Positions 37,701-52,086 of a DNA stretch of 64,000 bases are shown here, piece after piece (position 1 is the first letter of the stretch; each line of letters opens with the position of its first letter). The notes under the pieces are model-generated. The model ran no database searches and was not told the origin of the DNA. It saw only the letters and a program-made list of their open reading frames with translations. Position numbers and translations under genes: made by a program. The DNA is from Bugula neritina (Eukaryota > Animalia > Bryozoa): positions 28,813,673 through 28,877,672 of the forward strand of contig OZ037766.1 of NCBI GenBank assembly GCA_964035545.1, given 5' to 3'.

Positions 37701-39480
37701 TTTGCTTTAAAGAAACTTAAATCTGCAACTGCTTGAGCTATATGATATTTTTTAACCTAAAATAACATGATGTGCTTTACTGACCCAAAATTACTATTTG
37801 TAATATATAAACAGAAATATTTAATAAAAGTATTTTCTAAATACACTAACAATTAATGAAAATTCAGGTCACTAATTTCTATGAAATATATATTGACCAG
37901 GTAAATGGAAAAAGTATACATCTGAAAAATTAGTTTAATGACTCAAAAAAGCTCCTATACTTCTGCAAACTAAATGAACAATTCTTCATAATGTAGACAG
38001 TGCAGCGCATGTGTGTGCTAAGTGATGTCAAAAAACGATCTCTCTGAATTATTTACTTTAGACTTTTGAGCTTTGATTGTTTGGCTGGCTTCAAATTTAA
38101 AAACTGTCAAAGATAATGTCTTTTGTTGCCAGTCTTGCTTTTTATCACTTCAAAAAACCTGCAACATTTCTGCATTATATAGCCAGCCGGGTTCAGTGAA
38201 TTGCTAGGCTCTTAATCAACCAAATGTAAGATATAATAACTATATTTGAGTGGTGCTTTTATTGTTGGCTAGAACTGAAAGTTGGTAAACCAAGAACTAA
38301 AAATGTTTTTTCGTGATTGCATTTAGTGACAAGTAGTAGCTATAGTTAAAGATTGCAGACACTGGTACTTCTAAATTTGTCCAGGTACATATAATAAATA
38401 CTTCACTCAATATTATTGTCCTTAATCAAAAAATCTACTTGCTTCAACTACATGCCCTCCTAGTGAAAATATTTATTTTTAAAGAGTTCCACTTCGAACA
38501 GCTTTCTACTTGAGTCATTGACCAGCTGTTTAAAATTCACATTACTTAATGCTGGCTGTATTAGAACTCCCTGAATTCAGTTTTCAAAAATGTTTTATGT
38601 GTCACCTAACACAGATTAGCCAAACGAACCAAAATCATGAGAGACGTAGTCTCAGCAAAAAATTTAATATATAATTTATGCTTTAAGGCTCAGTATTTTA
38701 GTTGAACATATTATGAAATAAAAATTGAAGACATAAAAGCAAAGCATACTTAAACTCAATAAGCTAATATAAAAGAATAAAGTATCTCTATTATTCTGTC
38801 AATAAACTTGTACTCAAAACCGATGATTAAATCAGATAACATGCAATTGAATAATATGTTTCTACTCTGAGAAGAAAAACTATTTGCATTAACTACAATG
38901 TATTTTTATATGTAAAAAGTTACTTCCAAAGACAAAGTAAAATGAAAAGCATACTTGAAATAAATATGCATGCATTTATATAAGAAGAATACCTGGAGTT
39001 CGTTTGCATGAGTTTATTTAAAAGAATAAAATATTTCCATTATTCTGATATTAAACTGATGATTAAATCAGATAACACTGAATGTGACTGAATATTGATG
39101 AGTATTAGTTATTCTATGAGCTGATATGAACCAGGAACTTCCTTCTTAAGCTGAATACCTCAATATACAGTCTAATAGAAACACCTGGATGTTATAAATG
39201 TTCTACACTGTCATTATGTAAAATCTACAAACATAATAATGGTGATGTGAACTAAGAACTTTGTTCTTTAACTAAAATGGAATGTTGAGTATATGAAAGT
39301 CACATTAAAGTGTTCTCCACACTGAGACATGTAATATTGTACAACAAAACTTTGAGTATATTTTACACCTATTCATGGTACAGAGTCTAGGGTTGAACAT
39401 AGAATCTAGGGCTACTTCTGATTATCTTAATCAAGAAAAAAGGCAGGACTAGTCAGTTGCAAAAGTCAATAAAATCGTTA

Positions 39481-39830
39481 GTGATAGAAGTAAACAATAC
39501 TAATGTAGGGATAGTAAACAATACTAATGTATTAATAGTGAACAATGACAATGTATTGATAGTAAACAACGACAATATAGTGATAGTAAACAATAACAAT
39601 ATAGTGATAGTAAACAATGACAATATAGTGATAGTAAACAATAACAATATAGTGATAGTAAACAATAATAAATTAGTGATAGTAAACAACAACAATGTAG
39701 CGATAGTAAACAAAAACAGTGTAGTGATAGTAAACAATAATAATTTAGTGATAGTAAACAACAACAATGTAGTGATAGTAAACGATATAATTTAATTTAG
39801 TTATAATAAATAATGTGATATAGTGATAAT
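39481..39830. repeat. 24-bp minisatellite (ATAGTGATAGTAAACAATAACAAT-like); decayed relatives at ~11030-11300, ~45908-46170, ~61458-61710
   Basis: Read directly from the sequence. Confidence 0.88.
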
Positions 39831-40279
39831 AAAGAATCATTTAGGCTCTTTGCTGGTAAAAACTTCTGAAAAGCTTTTTAATAGCCTATAAGCTGCCATA
39901 ATTTTAATGATGTACTGCAATGCTGAAATATGATTTAGTATTAATTAAAGTTGATAAAAAGAAAAAAGACATATAGCTTTGCAACAATATGAACCAGTAC
40001 AAAACCAAACGGCAATAAAATGTATAGTATATAGTGATGTAACAAAGGAAGTATTTGTATTTTATGAACAAACTGAATAGAGTGATTGGAAAGATGTGAC
40101 ACGATCATTGGCTCCTTATGAATATAAAAGTTGTATAAACTCTGTTCATAATCATAGTATGCCAGAGGTGAGTCAGAGGGCTTTACTAACCGAGATCCCA
40201 AGAAGAAAGTGTTATTGACAGTTTTAATGTGTCCTTGTGACCTGAGTTTGTAAAAGCATATAGTTGAGAGAACGCAAAG

Positions 40280-43200
40280 ATGCGTGTTCCAGTAGTAACT
40301 TTGGTCACACTCTATTCTCTGATTGGATACTCAGCTGGTGTTGGAAGTTATGATGTAGAAGGTGTTAGAGAGTTGCTGGCAGAGCTAAGAGAAGAGCTAA
40401 AAGAAGAACTGACGGTTATTCTAAAGCAACAGAATGAAACACATCAGCAAGAAATTACAGTTCTACGGCAACAGGTTGAAGCCTTACAGCTAAAAGATAA
40501 ATCTGTACTGCAAGAATTAGAGCTTCAACAGCAAGAATTAGAGCTTCAACAGAAAACTAATGTAGAACTTCAAGAAACAGTTTACTCCTTACTAAAAGCT
40601 GTAAGTTAGAAATATACATGCAACTATAAACAGAGCAAAACAATTTTTTTTAACACATACTCGCTGTAGCTGTTGGTTCAAATTAAAATCAAAAGCTTTA
40701 AAGCTAAAAATTGTTTGAGTTTGCTATATGTGAAGAGCTGCATACAATAATTTAATAATTGAATGTTTGAAAGTTGTTAATAGCTCTGGTATGTTACTCA
40801 TTGTTATTAACTTATATTTTAAGTTGCTCACTGGGGAGTTGCCTAAAGCAGAAAACTTTAGAGAAACAGATAAGGAAAAGTTCCCGAGTATGCTGGAACA
40901 GATCTGCATTTTTGGTGAGCAGTTAACTTTAATTATAAATACAACAATTCAATTTTGACTAAGATAAGTTATACTGTGGATATATTTCAGAAGTCTAAAT
41001 GTACCAACCATTGTTGTTATGTTTATATGAGATTGAATTTGCAAGCAATTAGTTATGGCTTCTCCCAATATTGCAATATCAACCATGCATAACTTTAATG
41101 AAATTTAAGTCTGGCATGCTTTACAATTTATCTTTTTCTGTTGCATGTTATTGCAGTCTAACTATGCACTTTAAAATAGCCAAGTTCTAAAAATAGTTAC
41201 ACCCTGCTTTTTCTGTAGAAAATATGTTTTCCATTGTTGTCATGATACACTGTAAGCTGAGGGATGTTATGAATTACAATTAAACATACACCTCTATAGT
41301 GTAAAATAAAAAAAGATAACAATCAGAAGATTTAATAAGTGTTGAAGTAGCTACTACTGCAGTATAGTAGTTACTTTACCAGCACTAGTAGTAGTGGTAA
41401 CACTAGTAGTAGTGATGGTAATGACGATATTGGTAGTAGTCACCGACACTCAATAAACAACCTGCTTGTTATCTTTTTTATTTACATGCTATCACTACTA
41501 CCACTGTACTGCCACTGCCACCACTACTACCGCTACCATCACTAATAATGCTACCGCTGCTACTACTAGTATATCACTACTATACTACTATACTGCTACT
41601 ACTACTACTGCTACTACTACTACTGCTACTACTACTACTGCTACTACTACTACTGCTACTACTACTACTGCTACTACTACTACTGCTACTACTACTACTG
41701 CTGCTACTACTACTGCTACTACTACTACTACTACTGCTACAGCTACCGCTAACGATACTGCTACTGCTGCTAGCGCTAACGATACTGCTACTGCTGCTAG
41801 CGCTATATACTGCTACTGATTTTGTTGCTGCTGAGTGTTATACAGCTACTTAATCTATAGTTCAAAAAGTTGACCAGTTAAAACACTTGATCAGGTGTTC
41901 GGGGCATTGATGGGAAAGATGGAAAAGATGGAAAAGATGGAAGTGATGGGATAAATGGAAGAGATGGGAGAGATGGTAGTGATGGTAGAGATGGAAGAGA
42001 TGGAAGTGATGGAAAAGATGGGGCAGCTGGTTTAAATGGCAGTGATGGTAAGACATAAAAAAACCAAAGCTATTTTCTGCATTTACTATAATATAATAAT
42101 AATTATTAAATTTATAGTGCATGTGTGCATATAATATGTCAATAAATTGTTACAATTAGTGTATCTTTAAAAAATTATTAGGTGCTATAGTTATAATTTA
42201 AAAAGTAATTACCCAATTCTCATCACTGACAGTATTCTGCTAATTTGACAACTGCAGCGAAAAGTTTTTGCCTTACTTTAAAGAAATGAAAGTTTCACTC
42301 ATTTGAAAAGAAGTTACATAAAATTAGGAATTAAATAAAATAATGCACAAAGATTTTTTCCAAAAGTAATTTTTTACTGAATATTTATGCATATAGAAGT
42401 TTACTCTGTACTACTATTTGAGTTCATTATAAGTTTTTGCAATCGTAGCTGTCTACAATAATTTCAATATGCTAAAAAACTCATCCAAGTAGTTAGCTTA
42501 GCATTTAATAAATGACAATGTTTTACCAATGCAAAGCAAAGACTAAATAGTTTTGAAAAAAAAGAATTGACATGAAATTTTGCTACAGGCAGAGATGGAG
42601 CAACAGGTGCTCTTGGACCAAAAGGAGAGCCAGGAGCTGTTGGAAACGCTGGGAGAGATGGCTTACCAGGTGCTCATGGACCTAAAGGAGACAAAGGTTC
42701 ACTAGGTTTAGCTGGAATTGATGGTGAAAAGGGGGAAACTGGTGCTAAAGGAGTGCAGGGTGCTGTTGGAGTAAAAGGTATAAAAAAGAGAGAGTTTTGG
42801 GTGCCACAGGTTTAACCATATAGTAGTCAGCTGGATATACTTGCCTTTTAAAACTACTCTATCTGCAGGCAAATTATTTGGGTGCGTATGTCCTTATAAT
42901 TATCCAAAGCGTATTACACTGACCTTCAATGCCTATAGCTTTAGGTCGAAGTTATGCTAACTTTTAGATATAACTATGTTTAACAATGCAGGTTAGTAGC
43001 TTGCAGATAATTTTAGAAGTATTTACAAAAATCAGCAACGTATACCAATTGCTATAACTATTCATATTTGAATTTAATAAAAAATACTAAAGTCACCACA
43101 ATTATTTATAAATTCCCTACTAACCCATAAGTTTTAAAACTTATTAGTGTAAACACAGTAGGTACTGTAGCAAAAACCTGTTTAGGTTGCCCTCTTTTCT

Positions 43201-44561
43201 GTCTATTTAATATCCTTGTTTTAGCGCTTAAATTTATTTATGGCCAATATCAGAGGCTTATATTTAAATTAAATTGCTGTAGCTGGAGTTGTGATTCTTG
43301 TCACTTTAACATAATTTTTTCAAATAGAGCATATTATAGGGAAAGCGCTTGTGCAACAAATCCAAAATGGCCAACAGGTCTTGCAGCTAAATTATAGATA
43401 AGGGAGGCTAATTAAAGTACACTAACAAAGTTAATGAAAGATTATATTTGAAAAATTCCAGTGTGCCATTATATTACATAATGTTCAAGTTTCATCTTAC
43501 AGGGTTGAAAGGAAATCAGGGATTTAAAGGGTCTCAAGGAGTGAAAGGAGAAAAAGGAAACACTGGTAACACAGGAGCAACTGGTCTAAGAGGAGCAACT
43601 GGTACTCGTGGAGTGCCAGGAACTAATTTTGAAGGAGGTGCTGTGTACACCAGATGGGGGAGGACTAGTTGCAGTGCTGGCTCAACAAGACTTTACAAAG
43701 GTGCGCTATTCATAACATAATTTATGTTTAGACTGCAAAGCATATTTTAACAAATTTATAGCTGCTTGGTAAAAAAGCACAGCTTCAGTTGATGCAGTTA
43801 TCCATTATATATAGTATATTAGAGTATAAATCTATATTATTATATCAAATCTATTTGCTATCACAGGGTTTGCTGGAGGATCACATTGGACCCACAGTGG
43901 TGGTGGAGTGAACTATCAGTGTATGCCAACTGATCCACAGTATAACAGAGCATACACTGGATCTGTTGATGGCTCTTCAATTTACGGAACAGAATATCAA
44001 TCTTATAGTTATGGAATATTTCCTAGTTCAGCTTATGACCAGAATGTACCATGTGCCAGATGTTATACAGAGAACAGACCAGCTCTTATGATGATTCCAG
44101 CTAAGAGATCTTGTCCTACTGGGTGGACACAGGAGTATGAAGGTAATTTATAACATAAACACAACCTCTTTAAAATGCAGTTCTTAATTGTTACTATAAA
44201 AATGGCATTTTCTTCAATTGTTTTGTAGTGATATAAGATCTAATAAACTTTTCTTTTTAAAATCCAATAAACTTTAAAGAATGAAAAATACTTAATAAAC
44301 TAAAAGTTTAATTTTAAAAATCAATATGCTTGTCTTCAAATTTAATTTTCAGGTTACCTAATGGCTGAGCGTCATAATCATGCCCGCGCAGCTACATATG
44401 AGTGTGTAGATCAGTATCCTGAGTACATAACAGGAATGAGTGGCAATACAAATGGAGCTCTGTTTTATTTCATCAGAACTAGTTGTACAGATGGAACTAC
44501 TGGACATTGTCCACCATATGATGACAAGAGGCAGCTTACTTGTGTAGTTTGCTCTAAATAA
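40280..44561 (+). CDS. Short-chain collagen C4/spongin-like gene, copy E, ~478 aa. Exons 40280-40600, 40824-40914, 41895-42047, 42589-42777, 43503-43700, 43867-44142, 44353-44561
   Basis: Same 7-exon structure, 52 Gly-X-Y triplets, 1437 nt in frame, GT-AG introns. Confidence 0.85.
41492..41830. repeat. (ACT/GCT)n microsatellite, intron 2 of copy E
   Basis: Read directly from the sequence. Confidence 0.9.
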
Positions 44562-46169
44562 ACAAATTGGTAATGATGAGAATGTAATAGTTTTCATAAC
44601 AGTAAATAAGTATTATAAACAATTTGTTTCGATGAAATTTCTATCTAAAATTGCTTGAACTAAGTATAATATTTTTCTAACCTAAGATAACATAATGTGC
44701 TTTACTGACCTAAAATCCTAAAATTACTAATTGTAATATATAAGCAAAAATCTTTAATGAAAATATGTTCTAAATACACTAACAATAAAAACCCATGTCA
44801 TTGATTTCTATTGATCAAGTAAAAGGAAAGAGTATATATATGAAACATTAGTTTAATAATTATCAATAAAGTTCCCATACTTCTGCAAACTAAATGAATA
44901 ATCCTTCATACTGTAAACATGCATGTGATAAGTGATGTCAAAGAAAGGGGTCTCCCTGAATTATTTATTTTAGACTTTCAAGCTTTGATTGCTAGGCTGG
45001 TGTTTCAAATTTAAAAAGTGTCAAAAAGAATGTCTTTTGTAACCACTTTTACTTTTTTATCACTTCAAAAAACCTGCATAATTTCTGTATAGCCAGGGGG
45101 GTTCAGTGAATTGCTAGGCTTTTAATCAACCAAATGTAATGGCTTTATATATCTCTATTTGGGTGGTGCTTTCATTGTTGTATAGAACTGAAAGTTGGTA
45201 AACTAATAACTAAAAATGTCTTTTCTTGATTGTATTTTTAATCTAAAATGCTTTTGCTTCAACTGCATGTTCGTCTAGTGCTAATACTTATTTTTAAAAA
45301 CTTCAACTTCAAAAAGCTTCCTATACTTGAAACTGTGAGCTGTAGTTTAAAGTTCACATTTCTTGGTGTTGGCTGTATTCGAAATCCCTGAATTCAGTTT
45401 TCAAAATGTTATATGTATAACCTAACACAGAACAGCAAAAAAAATATAATACAAACATAAGAGCAGTAGCCTCAACAAAAAAATTAATAAAATAATTTAT
45501 GCTGCAACGCTCAATATTTTAGTTGAGCTATTATATGAAAAAAAGATTAATAACATCATGCAAAGCAAAGCATAACTACATGGAATCAGTGGGTTAAGAA
45601 ACAAGAATAAAATATTTGCATTATTCTGATAGTAAATTTGTACTCAGAACTGATGATTGAATCAGATAACACTGAATGTAACTACATACTGATGATTATT
45701 AGTTATTTTATGAGCTGATATGAACCAGGAACTTCCTTCTTAAACTGAATACCTCAATATACAGGCTAATAGAAACACCTGGGTACGTATCTTTTATACT
45801 TATTTTTCCATTATTGTAAGAAAAAAAAAAATCAATTTTCATGTAAGCAGACATATTATGGAATGTTGATTTTTTTCACAACAAATTTCTAGGAACCTTA
45901 CGTTTAGTAATGATAGTAAACAATAACACTGTAGTGATACTAAACAAAAGCTATTAGCGACAGTAATAAATAAGAATTTAATTAATGACGATGAGCATTA
46001 AAATGATAGTAAGCACCAAAAATGTAGTGAAAGTAAACAATAACATGGCAGTGATAGTAACTACAACAATGTAGGGATAGTGAACCACATTAATATAATG
46101 ATAGCAAACAATAACGATGTATTGATAGCAAACAATAACAATATAGTGATAGTAAGCAATAACAATGTG

Positions 46170-47343
46170 AGAGAGAGACCAGTGCAAATCAACTGGTAAA
46201 AAAAAAAGGAAGGGATGAGATGAACTGCAAAGTTACAGAGATGCTGACAGAACAAAGTGAATTGAGAAATTTAACATGGGATGAGACATACCAAAAAAAT
46301 TGAAGCAGCGAAGGAGTCACTCAGGCGCAGTAGGAGGGGAATGTACATGGAGAAAGAATCATGGTGGTGGAACGAGGAAGTCCAAGAGGTAGTGAAAAAT
46401 AAGGAAGAAGCTTTCAAAGACTGGAAAAAACAAGATCTGTTGAACACAAGAAAACTTTAAAAATATTGAATAAAATCAGCAAAGGGAAGTGTGCAATAGC
46501 AAAGGAGACAGGCTATGAAGACTTGTATAAAGATTTAGAAGAAATTGGCCCAAAAGAGTTTTACAAGTTAGCAAGGACAAGGCAGAGGAGAGGGAAGGAT
46601 ATAGACTGGGTAGTGTTTACCGAAGATGAGCAAAGCAAAATAGAAAGTGAGGAAAAGGACATCAAAGAAAAATTGAAGGAATATTTTAAAACCCACTTAT
46701 TACCAAAAACAGAACACTGGAAATAACAGCAGCTGAAAAAGTACAAGGGCAGTTGAGGAAATATCACAAGAGGAAGTTACAAACCAGTTAGAAAGAATAA
46801 AACCAAATAAAGCAAAAGGATCTGATGAGCTCCCCATAGAGATGATTAAGAAACTTTAGGACACAGGTACTGCATGAATTACATGCATCCTGTTTTACAG
46901 AAGCAATGAGAAAAGGAATACCAAAAGAGTGGCAAAAAAGTAGAATCATTTCCATTTACAAACAGAAAAGTGACCCTCTCAGCTGTGGTGACTATAACCG
47001 GGGTATAAAGTTGCTCAGCCACTTTCTCAAACTTTATGAAAGAGATATCAAAGCAAGGCTAGCTATAAAGGAGTTGGTCAAGTTAAAGGACAACCAATAC
47101 GGTTTTCAAATAGGCAAATCTACTATTGAGCCAATGTTTTGCCTTCAAATTCTGCAGAAAAAATACAGAGAATTTAAGAAAGAAATGCATATGGTACTTG
47201 TTGACCTAAAGCAGGTTTATGATACCTTCCCAAGAGAGCTAATATGGCATTGTCTAAGGAAGCGCTATGTACCCAAAGCTTACATCAATATCATCAAAAA
47301 TATGTACAAAGACACAAAAACAAGAGTAGTGACAAATAACTAA
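46170..47343 (+). mobile_element. RTE-clade LINE fragment (degenerate ORF, N-terminal part of the RT domain)
   Basis: KESWWWNEEVQE, IPKEWQKSRIISIYKQK.D...C..YRGIKLLSH, QYGF..GKST, VDLKQVYD..PRE.IW..LR motifs with stops and frameshifts; ends before the YADD motif. Confidence 0.88.
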
Positions 47344-48396
47344 GGGGAAGGGGGTGGGGGTGCGGCAGCCAAGACATTGTAGCTTGAGGTTTCAACTATA
47401 TAGCACACATCTGTGTAGATTTTTACTTATCTTGAAAGTATTATATAATTTATAAAAATTATGAAAACACATAGAACAAATTTTTTTATTTAAAGATACG
47501 GACTCATGGAACTTATTTTATGTGTAACTTCACTGCCACAAAATATGTATAGAACTTTGTTTGCGTCAATGGGAATGCTTTTACCAAATTATATTAAATT
47601 ATATTTTTAATTTTACATAATGCATCATATTTTGAACATTAAATATAGCAACAATAATCTCTAACTGGAGGATTCAAGAATTTAAAAATTTAAATATTAT
47701 AAACAATGAAATAATTAGTTGAGAGCCCATTGCCTGCAACACTGAGTGCAACAATAGTTGATAACTAGTATGGATGATGAAATATTGCTTTGTTTGCTAA
47801 TATATTATCAAATTGTTATTGAAGCATGTAAGTAAAGTACACTATTTGTCTACCATAATTTATAACTATTTCAGCATTTTAGCACTAGATTTTTCAATTT
47901 AGGCTTGAGCATAATATATGTGTGACTGTTCGTTCACTGCTATTATTTATTATGCAAATAGAAAGTATCATTGTTTCTCAAAAATGTTATTACTATATTA
48001 TAGCATTGCCATTAGTTATTATCATTTATTCATTACCTAATAAGCTAGTGCATATCACTGTTGTGAAAAATATTAATATAAATTGTTATATTTGTATCTT
48101 TGCTGTTTACTTTAGCTCACTTTAATTCAATATTTTCATAAATTTTCTCAGGTAAAATATTACAAATGTAACAATTATTGCTAAAAATATAATAATATAA
48201 TATGGTAATAAAGGGAAAAGCTTTGATATTTCTTACTGCTAAAATAAGTACATAATTTTGTGTCTTTATACAGCTTGTGAGATTTAATCTGCAAACGATT
48301 GATTACTAAAGACAGCACTTCTTAACGTCTGAGAGCAAAGTTCACCGATTACTTCAAACTCTGACTCATTGAGAGAGATTTGAAGACATCATCATC

Positions 48397-51300
48397 ATGT
48401 TTGAGCCAAGGAAACACGTGACCTACTTAACTTGGGCTTACCCAGACTGCTACAAGTATCTGGTGAGTTGAATATGTATTTTGCTTATAGGTTATTGTGT
48501 TTAAAATTTTTGTAAACTTAGCTGGCCTGCTGATTGTGTATACTGTAAACGATTAGCACAATAAATGGTGCTCATGCCGCATTCCTGCATGAAAGTGTAT
48601 TAAGATAGACAGCAATTTTTCTTGACAGCAAACTGTTACAACTCTTATAACATTTCTGTTTGTCAGATAAAAGATAAACCTGTTATAGTTAAACTAATTG
48701 TAGTAATACTATTGCAGCTCTATAATTTCTTAAAGTAAACCCTAAACCCAAAATGCTAACCCCAAACTTCCGTCCCAACCCCCAACCTCCACCCTCAACT
48801 TCTGCCCCTAACCCCCAATCCTCAGAATCGGCCCCTAATCCCCCGCCCCTAACTTCCAACCACGGCTTCTAACCTCTGAGTTCCGCTCCTAACCCCAAAC
48901 TCCAAATTTCAAACCCCAAACCCCCAACATCCCAACCCCAAAAACCCCAAAGCCCTAATCCCCAATCTCAGCCCATAACCGCCAACCATCGCTTCCAACC
49001 TCCACCTTACCTTCTGCCCTAACCACAACCATCTCCCCTGATCTCCAACCTCTGCCCTAACCCCTATCTCCAAAATCGGCTCCTTACCTCCGCCCCTAAC
49101 CCTCAACCTCTGCTCCTAACCTCAGACTTTTGCCGCTAACCCGCAACCTGGTATTTCTTGCTAAGGTGTCAGTTTATTTGAAATTTCAAACCTTCCTACT
49201 TCTGTCCCTAATCTCAGCCTCTAACCCATAAACTCTGCCCCTAGCCCTCAAACCTTCACCCCTTACCTCTACCCTCAACCTTCATTCCCAACCTTTAACC
49301 TCTACCCCTAACCTCTGCATCTAACCTCCAACTCCCGCCCCTAACCCCAACCTCTGCCTCTAGCTCTCCAATTTTCACCCCTAACCCCTAACCTCTGTCC
49401 TTAACTCCCAATTGCCGACCTCCACCCCTAATCCGCAACCTCCACCCATAAAGCCAACCTTTGTCCCAAACTCCCACTCTCTGCCTCTACCAACCAACAT
49501 CCGCCCCAAACCCCCAACCTCCGCTCTTAACCTCCAAGCCCCAACCTCTGCCCTGAACCCCAAACTTCCACAGCCAACTCTCAACCTCCACACCCAACAC
49601 CCAAATTAATATTTATTGCTAAGGTGTCAGTTTATTTGAAACTTTTATTATGCAAAGACTGCACATCTACTTTGCTATACACGTGTATTCACCTACTTTG
49701 CTATGCCATATGTGTGTTAAATCAACAGGTTTTATTAGTTTTTAGTGAATTCGTTTGTCTTATGTAGGATGAAAACAGAATATTTAAGGTAGAGAAAGCT
49801 TTCCGCCATGTTTTATTTATGGCTGTAAGTATAATATGTATATATTATACATTTAAAAAAAAGTTGGATCTCCACATAAATTACGTTGAGATATTATACA
49901 TGTTATAATTGTATTGTTTGCCCACATACAATAATTAAAATACAAAGTTTGCAAACACCAAATTATGAAAATTAATGTATATCATGTATTTTATTTATAT
50001 AGTATTATAAAAATATTACTGATAATTTTTAGATCTACTAGTACTGTTGTGTAAAGTTGCCTTCTATTAGTATCGGTGTATATTATATCTAATGATATAG
50101 CAACACATGCAGCAGTAGTATATCACATACTGTCAATATTATTACAGTCTAGGAATGCTAACGAGGGTGAAAAATTTGTTCTGGGTCTGCATAGGAAGGC
50201 ATTTGACAACGCACTGCGACCACCTCATGCTGAATACTCTGGTGGTATGTATTGTAACCATAGTGATGACATACATGTTTGAAACAAACAATTCGCCAAA
50301 TGCTAGCAAAACATTTATTCAAGTAAACTAGCTAAAATTTCGCCTTATTTGTGTCTAAATCTAAATGCACTGCAGAAGTAGCATGCAGCAGCTAAAAGAC
50401 ATTCCTAGATATGCACAATGCATTGTTAGCAAGCAACTACTGTTTATTTCATGCAGTTCTTTAAAAATATCTCTTCAATGAGTATAGGCTTGTTAAGTTT
50501 AGAAATTAGAAGTTCATTTATACCTTCATATAACCTTTAGCCAAAAACTCAAAAACCACTAATCAAATTTTTTGTCTGGTGGTTTCAGAACAAAACTCAA
50601 AAATATTGACAAGCCTTTGTGGATATTGGTATTTAATTATTACTTGCCTACTGAGAGACATGGTTTCAATATGCTATATTATTTTGTTATAGATTCAGAG
50701 TCCTTCGTTTATTACACCAGTTCCAGCGAAGGCCCTTCGTATGACGATAACACGCTCGACGACATTTCAGACATACCGGCAGACGAAGACCAGGATGCGT
50801 GGAGAGCAAACCTGCTGAGAATCATGGACGACTCAGGTGCATATACTGGAGAAAACTCTGAGTTCTTATCTCAAATCTGGAGAATGCACAGAAGAGCACT
50901 TGGCGATGCGTTCAGACCAGAAGATTCTGAAGAATCCGGTATGAGTCATAAATAGTAAATACTATTGTAGAACCAAATACAAAAACCATCCTTCATTAGT
51001 CTTTAGGAGTTTATAATAATTATTTTATTTAAAAGAATTTTTTTTAAAAGTAAATGGTCAACCAACTTCAAATGCAAAACCACAAAGCGATAGTCTTTTC
51101 ATATGACTCCGACCTTAAAAACCCAGGAGCACTATGGCTATTGAAGCTATTCTGCAATCATTTATAAAGTATGAAATTATTATTCCACACAGTAAGCTTA
51201 TCTGTCTGTGTGCATACACAGAGTTCTACTAAAGTTTTGGAGATTATATTAGTTATTGAGAAGCAATGTTGGTATGGTGAACTATTTTGCAGAATCTCTC

Positions 51301-52086
51301 ACCCCGGAATACTCCTCAAGGTTCACCCAAAGTTCTGAGACTAGAGACACAACAGATAGCGTTCCAAGCACGTCATCAGAAGAGGCTCAAAGTTCGTGGA
51401 AAAAAGATCTGCTGAGAATTATAGGTGATTCGAGTGAAAGTACTGATGAGATTTGCAATACTGCATTTCTATGGGATGTCAAGAAAATGCTAGAAGAACC
51501 AGGAAATCAAAGGCCGAATAATCGAGCAGCAAAGACTCTAGTTGAAAACCAACGGTGTGCTCCTCAGCAGCAACAAAAGACCAAACGCAAATGTTCTCCG
51601 GTTAAAGTTGAACCGACTGGGCCTAGCGGCAAAACCAAGCCTAAAGGCAAATTTTCCAAGTTTGTCAACAAAGTTTTTCACAGGAATCGAGTTGTCCCTG
51701 TGGAGTGTGTTACCAATGTCAAGAAGACCGGGCCTAAAACAAAGGCACCACTCAAAACTGGTAAATCACCAATGAAATGCCAAGCAACTACTGAGAAGAA
51801 AGTCATCAAGAATGGAAAGAATCCGATCAGAGCTAGAAAAGTCTCAACAGTTCCTAATACTAACAAGAAAGGTGCCTCTACTCCTGCTAAACAAAAACCA
51901 GCCCAGAGTGCCAACCAAAAGCTACGAGATGTGTTCAGAAACTTGAAGAAAAGTCCAACTACCAAGAAAGGACCAGCAGTACCGGCCAACACCACCACAG
52001 GACAGAAGAAAAAGAATGCCACCAAAGCTAAATGCTGCAAATGTGCACAAAAGAAAATTGTTTCTCGACCTCCTTTCAGGTTGTAA
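48397..52086 (+). CDS. Uncharacterised 5-exon gene, ~419 aa, acidic N-terminal half and Lys/Pro/Thr-rich basic tail. Exons 48397-48462, 49768-49824, 50148-50244, 50693-50938, 51293-52086
   Basis: ATG in CATC-ATG context; donors GTGAGT, GTAAGT, GTATGT, GTATGA; AG acceptors; phases 0,0,1,1 join to 1260 nt with no internal stop. Exons are more GC-rich than flanks. No family recognised. Confidence 0.7.
48738..49605. repeat. C-rich degenerate satellite (CCCCAACCTCCGCCCCTAA-like) in intron 1 of the orphan gene
   Basis: Strong C/G strand skew with a ~19-bp recurring unit. Confidence 0.8.

Noticed and set aside
39453-39795. IVIVNNNN / LLLFTITI repeat ORFs
   Set aside because: Translation of the 24-bp minisatellite.
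48738-49605. Interstitial telomere
   Set aside because: CCCTAA occurs only as part of a longer degenerate unit; no tandem (CCCTAA)n run.
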